Shown: one piece after another, positions 9,509-17,255 of the stretch
How positions within the stretch are numbered: the first letter of the stretch is position 1
Layout of the letters: each line of letters opens with the position of its first letter
Program-made: the position numbers and the translations under genes
The notes under the pieces: generated by a model
What the model was told of the DNA's origin: nothing
Databases searched by the model: none
What the model saw: only the letters and a program-made list of their open reading frames with translations
NCBI GenBank assembly: GCA_008080735.1
Contig: SHMW01000037.1
Span: 1-38,188 of the forward strand
DNA from: Promethearchaeota archaeon
GTDB taxonomy: Archaea > Asgardarchaeota > Lokiarchaeia > Sigyniarchaeales > SOKP01
Direction: 5' to 3'
DNA: 38,188 bases

Positions 9509-10126
9509 CTAGCGTTTATCTCCACTAATATCTCTGCTAAGAATCTCAAATTTTTTGACACTGTAATAAATTGGTTTACTTAGTCTATCTACAGTTGCTA
9601 CCACCAAATCTTTCCGAGAGCTAAGTGCTACGCGAGATATCTTGTCTAAATCCCTAAGTTCAATTGGTGAACCTTCAAATACTGGATAGATAAGATATTT
9701 AGCCACATCCTCTCGAAAATCCGCCCCTCGTTTAAAAACTCTGAATTCAATTCCGTCTCCAAATCCCGATCTGACGATATATCCTCTTCTTCGCAAATCC
9801 ATGTATATCACATATTTTTGCCATAAATTTGTATCAAATTGGGAAAAATACGAAATTAACCCCTCAAAATCATATTGATCTTTGGATTTATCGTTATCCT
9901 CCCAGAGAATTATCCGTTTTCGCTCGCAGAGTAATAATACTTCAATCGGATCAAGAATGAGAGTCTTTTCATCCAGTCCCTCTTCCAGATTGCCGATGAA
10001 ACTGCCTTCATAAAATTCCTCGATTCCATCGGGGTCTGTAATTATGACCTTGTCTTTTTTGACTGTTCCCTCAACTTGAATTTTTTCTTTTTCATCAGAC
10101 TCTTCGGTCATTTTTCTATTACTCAC
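9509..10126 (-). CDS. endA: tRNA-splicing endonuclease subunit (probably non-catalytic/structural)
   Basis: LILDPIEVLLL, YMDLRRRGYIVRSG, FRVFKRG, SRVALSSRKDLVVATVD match the EndA fold; catalytic Tyr/His positions are substituted. Confidence 0.85.
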   Translation of the reverse strand: MSNRKMTEESDEKEKIQVEGTVKKDKVIITDPDGIEEFYEGSFIGNLEEGLDEKTLILDPIEVLLLCERKRIILWEDNDKSKDQYDFEGLISYFSQFDTNLWQKYVIYMDLRRRGYIVRSGFGDGIEFRVFKRGADFREDVAKYLIYPVFEGSPIELRDLDKISRVALSSRKDLVVATVDRLSKPIYYSVKKFEILSRDISGDKR

Positions 10127-10206
10127 TAGTAAAGCTTATTTAATGAATTTTTCTTTGACTTCTAAAATAAAAATTAATCTTGTATCGTGTATTTTCACAT
10201 ATAGAA

Positions 10207-10779
10207 ATGAATGAGCTATACGAAAAACTCTTTGAAAGATTAAAGAATGCGAAACGAGTTGTGTTCTTGGGAATTGGGGAGACAAAAATGACCGATGATG
10301 CCGTTGGACCCTACATTATTACTGAATTGCTCGATAATAATGGTGAGAAATTTCTATTTATTAACGCAAAAATAGACCCACTTGCTCGTATGGGTGAGAT
10401 CGTTGAGTTCAGACCATCGCATTTAGTTGTCCTCGATACTTGCACTTTACAAAAAGACCCAGGGACTGTGGCAATAATTGAACGCGAAAATATGCATGAT
10501 CTTGTACCGATCAGCTCTCATACAATGCCGATCCATATTGTAATTGATTATCTTTTAGAACAAATTCCAGATTTAAAGGACGTATTTATGATTGGATTTG
10601 TACCTAAAAGTCTTGAGGGGTTTGTAGAACTCACGCAATATAAAGAAGGAGAACTCTCAATTGAAGAGATAAATGAAAATGAGGATTTACCCTTTTTTGA
10701 TTTTCAACTTACAGAACAAATTAAGAATGCTGCTGATCAGATTATCGCAATTATCAAAAAATTAATGAGAGAATTATAG
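10207..10779 (+). CDS. Hydrogenase maturation protease (HycI-like)
   Basis: VVFLGIGE..TDDAVGP, LVVLD, SSHTMP motifs; ATG at 10207 preferred over upstream TTG at 10180. Confidence 0.85.
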   Translation: MNELYEKLFERLKNAKRVVFLGIGETKMTDDAVGPYIITELLDNNGEKFLFINAKIDPLARMGEIVEFRPSHLVVLDTCTLQKDPGTVAIIERENMHDLVPISSHTMPIHIVIDYLLEQIPDLKDVFMIGFVPKSLEGFVELTQYKEGELSIEEINENEDLPFFDFQLTEQIKNAADQIIAIIKKLMREL

Positions 10780-10787
10780 AAAAGTAA

Positions 10788-11027
10788 TTATTCTTGTTCT
10801 TCAGATAATCTATTAATATAATCGGAAATAATGTCAATTGTTTTTCGAATATAATGTTTTTCTTCTGAGCGAATTTTTTCTTTTAGCTTCTCGAGAAATC
10901 CCACCACTTTATCCGCTTCTCTTATTTTTCTCAAATACTCTGATCCTCTTGAATTTAAAGAGCCGCCCCACACCATTATGAAAACATCTGTAAAGATATC
11001 ATATATTGTGTTGAATAAAGCTACCAT
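10788..11027 (-). CDS. Hypothetical small helical protein
   Basis: 79-aa ATG ORF filling an otherwise empty gap; amphipathic, E/K-rich composition like neighbouring genes. Confidence 0.55.
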   Translation of the reverse strand: MVALFNTIYDIFTDVFIMVWGGSLNSRGSEYLRKIREADKVVGFLEKLKEKIRSEEKHYIRKTIDIISDYINRLSEEQE

Positions 11028-11214
11028 AATATAAATATATTAATCCAAATTGAATGATTACTCAAAATCAAAAAATTATATTGGCTGTCACAAAAGCATT
11101 TAAAAAAGGATCAAATTCAAAAAACACCACTTTATGAAACTGTTTAATCATTTATTTAGTTGGAACTCCAAACTATTACTATAACAATTAATAAAGATTT
11201 TATGCTATATCAAA

Positions 11215-12045
11215 ATGAAAAGAGATCATTTAAAAAACAAAGTAGCTGTAATCACTGGAGCATCTGGCGGGATAGGGCGAGAGATTGTAAAATTATTTGA
11301 TAAGAAAGGAATTAATTTAGCTTTGGCTGATATTAATATCACTTCTTTAAAGGAATTATCTAAAAAATTAAGCCAAGACATTCTTTCTATTGAATGTGAT
11401 ATAACCGATCTGGAACAAGTCCAACAACTCTACAGGAAAACGTTAGAAAGATATGAAAAAATAGATTATTTGATAAATACAGTTGGAATTATCGTGCCAG
11501 GGTTATTTGAAAATCTTTCTTACGAAGAAATTGAAAGACAAATTAATGTTAACCTTTTAGGAACAATACACTGCACAAAAGAAATTATTCCCATCATGAA
11601 GGAAGCTGGTGGAGGGCATATCGTGACCATTTCTTCCTTGGCAGGTATTGTACCCGAAACGTATAGCTCGATTTATACTGCTACAAAATTTGCATTAAGA
11701 GGATTAGATTGGACATTGCATTTAGAACTTAAACAATATAATATCAAAATAAGCACGATTTTTCCAGATTCTGTTGATACTCCGATGCTCGAGTTTGAAG
11801 CGAAACATGGCGGGTCGCCTCTTACCTTTCTTCATGACCCAGTTCCACCAGAAGAGGTTGCAGAAGGCGTTTTAAAAGCCATCCTAAAAGAAAAAGTGGA
11901 AGTGTGCGTGCCCCAAGCAGAAGGCATTCTTTCTAAATTAATTATGTGTATGCCCAGCCAAGTTAAGAGACTTTGGCCAAAATATGAGGAAAAGGGAGAA
12001 AAAAAGCGTGAAGAATACTTAAAAGATTTAGAACTAAAAGGATGA
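11215..12045 (+). CDS. Short-chain dehydrogenase/reductase (SDR)
   Basis: TGASGGIG, ISSLAG, YTATK (YxxxK), FPDSVDT. Confidence 0.95.
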   Translation: MKRDHLKNKVAVITGASGGIGREIVKLFDKKGINLALADINITSLKELSKKLSQDILSIECDITDLEQVQQLYRKTLERYEKIDYLINTVGIIVPGLFENLSYEEIERQINVNLLGTIHCTKEIIPIMKEAGGGHIVTISSLAGIVPETYSSIYTATKFALRGLDWTLHLELKQYNIKISTIFPDSVDTPMLEFEAKHGGSPLTFLHDPVPPEEVAEGVLKAILKEKVEVCVPQAEGILSKLIMCMPSQVKRLWPKYEEKGEKKREEYLKDLELKG

Positions 12046-12134
12046 AAATTAATTGATTTTTTATCTTTATTGACAAAATTTTTTTATTTTTCATTAAAGG
12101 AATTTTTAATAAGTAAGTATCTGAATAAGATCCT

Positions 12135-12698
12135 ATGACTAAATTAGTACGCTGTAAAAACTGTAATTTTGTTATTGAAGAAGGTAAATTAGGTGAGGTT
12201 TGTCCCGCGTGCGGAGTTCCGAGGAGTGCCTTCGAGGAATTTACTCCTCTTGTTTCGGAGAAACGAAGGAAATTGATGGAATTAAACTCACACCCAATCA
12301 TACTTCACTTTGCGCTGGGCTTTATCTTATTTATCTTGCTCCTAACAGTTATAAGCCTCATTTTTCCTACCTTCTATGCCACGGAAATTTATGCGACCAT
12401 TAAAGTACTTTCATTCACGCTACCATTTGCTGTTATTCTTGCAATGCTTACGGGAATATTTGACGCTAATACGAGGTTTAAAAAAATCACCACTCCCCGA
12501 CTAAAGAAAAAGATAATATTTGGCTCCGCTTTTCTAGTGGATTCTTTTATCTTACTTTTTGTCACCTATTTTATTCCGAAATCCACAGTCTTACTGATAG
12601 TGGTACTAATCTTAAGTTTGATTGGGGAAATGTTTGGTGGGATTAATGGGTTTCTCGGTAGCTCCCTTATGTGTTCGAGAGTACCTAATGGGACTTAA
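12135..12698 (+). CDS. Rubredoxin-like domain + DUF2231-type membrane protein
   Basis: CKNC...CPACG..F metal site followed by HPIILHF and four TM helices. Confidence 0.8.
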   Translation: MTKLVRCKNCNFVIEEGKLGEVCPACGVPRSAFEEFTPLVSEKRRKLMELNSHPIILHFALGFILFILLLTVISLIFPTFYATEIYATIKVLSFTLPFAVILAMLTGIFDANTRFKKITTPRLKKKIIFGSAFLVDSFILLFVTYFIPKSTVLLIVVLILSLIGEMFGGINGFLGSSLMCSRVPNGT

Positions 12699-12712
12699 AT
12701 ACAAAATTTTAT

Positions 12713-14002
12713 TTATTTTTTTAATTTTATGTGAATTAGATATCCAAAAATATCATTATTATACAAAATTTCGTTCTGTCTAATCCTTTGGGTAAATTTT
12801 ACGCTTTTTATTTTTTTAAGGTATTTTTCCTCAAAAAACCATGTTCGAGGTAGATCAAAAACAAAATAAAACAAGGGAGATTTAAGCTGTTTAAAATCAT
12901 TGATATTGTTTTGTACTTTTCCACAGCATTCAATCCAAAAACGGAAAATATCTGGAGAGATATGAAAATTATTATCGATAGATGTTCGCTGGAAAGTCTC
13001 CATTGCTAATATCATCATTATTGATAACGAATATTTAAATTGAATTCTTGGATGTACTTTTCCCAATTTTCTTTCGAACTCTTCCCATTTCATATTCAAA
13101 TTCCTTAGTCCTTCCTCAACTTTAGAATAATAAAATTGACTGGTAAGATTTTTTTTAGTATTAATGAATTGAAAAATTCGTAGGGAACACGCAATACGCC
13201 ATTTTAGGTTGTTTCTATCAATTTCTGAAAGTTTACCGTTTAAATATGTCATTCGTAAGTCTCTCTTTGTATGGTATGTCTCTTTAAACGTTTCTGATAG
13301 GGTTCTGCAAATTTGAGAATAATAATCAAAATAATGGTCATAAATTGTCGAATAATCATATCCCCAAATATCAATAACAGTAAATGCCTTTAGACACTTA
13401 AAAATCACATCAACAACCTTTTCTGAGAGGAATTTTCCAAGATTTTCTAATGAATTCCATAATGAAATACCTCCCAGATAGGACGCTTCTCCCGTAAAAA
13501 TGGTGCCAATAAGGAGATGTTGTTCAATTACCACCAAAATTATGCGTTTCTCCAACTCTGATAAGTTGAATTTTTGTAAAAGAGAAAATCTTTGAATAAT
13601 TTTTTTAGATTCGAGAGGATGCCAAGTCCGATTGAAGGGTCTCGCTATATCATGTAATAATAAAATCAATGGAAAAAGGAGCGGATTTGATTGATGTATT
13701 TCTGTTAACTGACTTTTAACTAAATTTAGATTACTTTTATGCACATTTGATTTGTAAACATTCTTCATAATTTGAAAATAGACTTTTACAGTTTTGAAAA
13801 TATGCTTAATAGTCCTAGTTGCCTCAGCTTTGTCTCTATTAAATCCTTCTTTCATGATTTTACCCCATCCGGGATAAATTTGTGAGATCAATCTAAATTC
13901 CTTAGAATTAAAAACCTCTTCATCGGATAATCTAAAAAAATCTTGATCTAAGGATAAAAATATTTCGTGGAGTTCAACATAGACCTTATTTTCACACTTC
14001 AT
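12713..14002 (-). CDS. HD-domain protein of unknown function
   Basis: IKH...LLLHDIARP...WHP...IEQHLLIG...IDIWG arrangement resembling GlnD-type HD domains; starts 3 nt after the upstream gene's stop. Confidence 0.65.
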   Translation of the reverse strand: MKCENKVYVELHEIFLSLDQDFFRLSDEEVFNSKEFRLISQIYPGWGKIMKEGFNRDKAEATRTIKHIFKTVKVYFQIMKNVYKSNVHKSNLNLVKSQLTEIHQSNPLLFPLILLLHDIARPFNRTWHPLESKKIIQRFSLLQKFNLSELEKRIILVVIEQHLLIGTIFTGEASYLGGISLWNSLENLGKFLSEKVVDVIFKCLKAFTVIDIWGYDYSTIYDHYFDYYSQICRTLSETFKETYHTKRDLRMTYLNGKLSEIDRNNLKWRIACSLRIFQFINTKKNLTSQFYYSKVEEGLRNLNMKWEEFERKLGKVHPRIQFKYSLSIMMILAMETFQRTSIDNNFHISPDIFRFWIECCGKVQNNINDFKQLKSPLFYFVFDLPRTWFFEEKYLKKIKSVKFTQRIRQNEILYNNDIFGYLIHIKLKK

Positions 14003-14005
14003 TTT

Positions 14006-15238
14006 TCATAAAATTAGTGAGAGTATAAACCACAAAAGTAACCCTATTATCCCCGCGAGCATAATTAGGAAAATAACTCCTACTTTTGAGTATAAAAAGT
14101 TTCTTACATAATTGATTTCAAAATCAACAGCTTCATGCGGACACAATTCCGCACAGCAATAACAAAAAATACACTCATTTTTGACCCAATTTGGTACATT
14201 TCCTTTTTTAATCTCATCTGCAGGGGAAATCGCATTAGCGGGACAATTCTCCCAACATGTTGCGCATAATTTGCATTTATTTGGATCAAATTTCACTCGG
14301 GCTCTGAAAATCACATTACTCATATAATCTGCTAACCAATCTGGAAGAGGGACTGATACAGGTCTTTGCTTGGCCATTTTAAATTTTCGGGTCACATCGT
14401 CGATTTTCTCTCCGACAATCTCAAAGGTTTCCAAATCAGAAGTTCCAAGCCCTCTTTCCTCTGCTTTTTGTATTTGAATGACATCTTCGGGATCAAATTG
14501 AATAATTTTGCATACAGTGGTATCTAAAGCTACGGGATCATACCCTGCAAGAATTAAATCCAATTTCACGACATCACCTTTACTGGGGCCTGATCCTTCT
14601 TGACATAGATATCCATCTACGACGGTTAATTGAGGATTAGAAACGGAATGAATATCTGCAAGAGCAGCAGAAAAATCTTCTAACTTAGGAAAACGTGCAT
14701 GAGTTTTTGGCTTGTTTCCTAATATTAACGTTCCAAACATATTTTTGATACAACAAGTCAATACACATTGCCAATGGGTTTTGATTTTTGGAATATTAAT
14801 TATTAAATCTGCCTCTTCTAAAAGTACAGAGGAAGAAATCTGGTCTAAAACTAAAGGATCCTTAATTTGGTATATTTTTCTCTTTGTCTGTTCAAACGGA
14901 GTCCATTCCACATTCTCTTCCTCACAGACATCCTTAATTCCACTCCCTTGGAACGCTTTTTCGGTAGCCCCGGGATTTGTAGTTCCGCTTGATTCTCCTA
15001 CGACAATCTTGTGTTTACCGTGTTTCTTTATCCATCTGATAACGGCACGAATGATCTCTGGATGTGTGGTGACTGCCCGTTCTGGTTCTTCTCCCTTTAA
15101 AATATTTGGTTTTATTAAAATTGTCATATTCTCTTTAATAAATAAATTTTCCGCGTTAATTAATTCTAAAGCCTTATTAACGGCTTTTGATATCCGTTCC
15201 TCTTTAATTCGCACGATTGAGATTTTATTTTTATCCAA
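14006..15238 (-). CDS. DUF362 family protein with 2x[4Fe-4S] ferredoxin domain and C-terminal TM anchor
   Basis: LIKPN, TTHP, PKIKTH, KNMFG, DPVALD; CKLCATCWENCP and CIFCYCCAELCP; hydrophobic C-terminus. Confidence 0.92.
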   Translation of the reverse strand: MDKNKISIVRIKEERISKAVNKALELINAENLFIKENMTILIKPNILKGEEPERAVTTHPEIIRAVIRWIKKHGKHKIVVGESSGTTNPGATEKAFQGSGIKDVCEEENVEWTPFEQTKRKIYQIKDPLVLDQISSSVLLEEADLIINIPKIKTHWQCVLTCCIKNMFGTLILGNKPKTHARFPKLEDFSAALADIHSVSNPQLTVVDGYLCQEGSGPSKGDVVKLDLILAGYDPVALDTTVCKIIQFDPEDVIQIQKAEERGLGTSDLETFEIVGEKIDDVTRKFKMAKQRPVSVPLPDWLADYMSNVIFRARVKFDPNKCKLCATCWENCPANAISPADEIKKGNVPNWVKNECIFCYCCAELCPHEAVDFEINYVRNFLYSKVGVIFLIMLAGIIGLLLWFILSLIL

Positions 15239-15343
15239 AATTTATCACCGATGAATCTTATCCCAAGTTTTATAAAAAATTATTTGCATTAACTAATCAA
15301 ATACATCCTATTTTGTAATTTTTAGCATTAAAATAATAAAAAG

Positions 15344-15559
15344 GTGATTATTTTGAATGAAAAAATTAATATTAAAAGTGTGAAAGGTATTGGTATTATG
15401 GTTGCTATTGTCGGTGGGTTAGTAGCATTTATCGGAGGTGTCCAAACAGGTAATGCGGGAGCAAATATTTGGAACCTACTCTCTGGGATGTGCTTGGCAG
15501 CCATTGGTGGTCTTATTGCGGCTATAGGTGGACATATCATGAATCTATTTAAAAAATAA
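15344..15559 (+). CDS. Small two-TM Gly-rich membrane protein
   Basis: Two similar hydrophobic segments (AIVGGLVAFIGG / AAIGGLIAAIGG); AGGTGA SD suggests a TTG start at 15353. Confidence 0.6.
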   Translation: MIILNEKINIKSVKGIGIMVAIVGGLVAFIGGVQTGNAGANIWNLLSGMCLAAIGGLIAAIGGHIMNLFKK

Positions 15560-15739
15560 CTAACCATCTTCATTTTTTTTATATCTCCATTATAATACAT
15601 TAGGCTTAGAAAATGATAATGAAAAATTATAATTTTTAGACGATTTTAGGAATCCTTTTCTTAATTATTAAAAAAATTTTTAAAAAGAGTTTCAAATTTA
15701 TATGGATAAGAAAAAATTTTCACCACCATAGTTAAAAGG

Positions 15740-16297
15740 ATGAAGAAAATGAAACAAATGACAGAACAAAATTTAATTAATGCTTTCGGCGGAGAAAGTA
15801 TGGCACATATGAGATATTTACACTTTGCCAATACCGCTGAAAAGGAGGGATATTCTAACGTTGCCCGCTTATTTAGAGCAATTTCGCACGCTGAATATAT
15901 CCACGCAGGCGATCATTATCGAGAAATTGATCATCTGAATGACGGGTTGGTCGCCAATAGTATGGGTGCCTTTGGACCAGGTGATACACTTAAGAATATA
16001 CAACTGGGCATAGACGGCGAAACTTTTGAAATCATGGAGATGTATCCTGTTTATATCGAAACTGCACGATTTCAAGGAGAAAACGGCGCCGTGCGCACTT
16101 TTGAATGGGCTTTAAACACAGAAAAGGAGCATAAAAAACTCTATGAAAAAGCGAAAAAAGCCGTAGAAGCCGGAGATGATGTTGAGTTAGATTCTGTACA
16201 AGTATGTGAAGTTTGCGGATTTACCTTAGAAGGAGATGCTCCAGATAAATGTCCTATTTGTGGAGCAAAAAGAGAAAAATTCAAAAGTTTTGAATAA
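15740..16297 (+). CDS. rbr: Rubrerythrin
   Basis: AFGGESMA, AEYIHA, GETFE..MYP, EKEH di-iron ligands plus C-terminal CEVCG..CPICG. Confidence 0.93.
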   Translation: MKKMKQMTEQNLINAFGGESMAHMRYLHFANTAEKEGYSNVARLFRAISHAEYIHAGDHYREIDHLNDGLVANSMGAFGPGDTLKNIQLGIDGETFEIMEMYPVYIETARFQGENGAVRTFEWALNTEKEHKKLYEKAKKAVEAGDDVELDSVQVCEVCGFTLEGDAPDKCPICGAKREKFKSFE

Positions 16298-16811
16298 TAC
16301 TCATTTTTTCCCCTTGATGTCTTAGATTTAACTCATATTTATCCATTAAACCACTTTTTTTTATAATTTATTCTTAGAGAGACTGGATTTAAGTTTTTGC
16401 TAACAGCGATCGTGGTTTTTATAAATTTTAGACTTTGAATTTAAATACCAACTATTCTATTTCAGATATGTAAAAATATATTTCCTAATGGTGTGTGTGA
16501 TTGTGATTTTTATCTTTTGGTTTTTCCTATCCCTTCCCCTCAAATATTTGTAATTAGACTAGGGAATATATTTTTATTTTCTCCTTCTTCTTGTTTTCCT
16601 ATATTTAAAACTCTCATTTACCCATGTATAAATAAAATATCGCTTTTATCTATTAGAACTATTCCTAACAATCTCATCGATAACAATTTCTTGGTTTAAA
16701 TCTAAAATATTAAATCTTCTAATAGAAATTATCATTAAGACGCTTATAATAACTAAATTTTAAGTAAAAACATAAAAATTTGAGAAGAAAAATATAAAAA
16801 AAAACAATTCA

Positions 16812-16857
16812 ATGGCTTAAAGCTGGGCGGAGCTTAACCGCCAGCTTGAGTAGCCAT
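16812..16857 (-). other. GC-rich stem-loop spanning the ubiquitin stop codon
   Basis: mRNA AUGGCU-acuc-AAGCUGG-CGG[UUAAGCU]CCG-c-CCAGCUU-ua-AGCCAU gives 6+7+3 bp helices with UAA in the loop. Confidence 0.7.
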
Positions 16858-17085
16858 AACGGTTATCACATCTTTTTTCGGATGGATACCGATTTTTGAG
16901 AACTTTAAATCATCAGGTAAAACTTTTCCCTTAAAGATAAACTGTATAGCGAGAATTGGGTTAAGCTTATATTCTCTCTGCACAGTCTTCTTGATTTCCC
17001 CAATGGACTGATTTGGATCAATCTCAATTTGTTTGATGGCTTGATCCGGAGGAACCCCTGTTAATCTAAAACGATATTGTGTCAT
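16834..17085 (-). CDS. Ubiquitin-like protein (eukaryotic ubiquitin type, free C-terminal GG)
   Basis: SIGEIK, QFIFKGKVLPDD (cf. ubiquitin RLIFAGKQLEDG), ends ATQAGG*; GAGG SD upstream. Confidence 0.88.
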   Translation of the reverse strand: MTQYRFRLTGVPPDQAIKQIEIDPNQSIGEIKKTVQREYKLNPILAIQFIFKGKVLPDDLKFSKIGIHPKKDVITVMATQAGG

Positions 17086-17255
17086 ATTCTAACCTCTTTT
17101 TTTGAATATTATTATAATATTAATTCCTAATAATAAGATTGACTAAAAATATTAAAATACTCTTGTTGGAATACACGAACTAAGGTTCAAGATAATTTCT
17201 ATCATACCTAATTCGATTAGAACCGTTCAAATGCCAGATTCAGAAGAAAACTAAT

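Noticed and set aside
16493-16699. 68-aa ORF in the rubrerythrin-ubiquitin gap
   Set aside because: GTG start without SD, low-complexity F/I/L/P composition; opposite-strand frames are also broken; at most a decayed remnant
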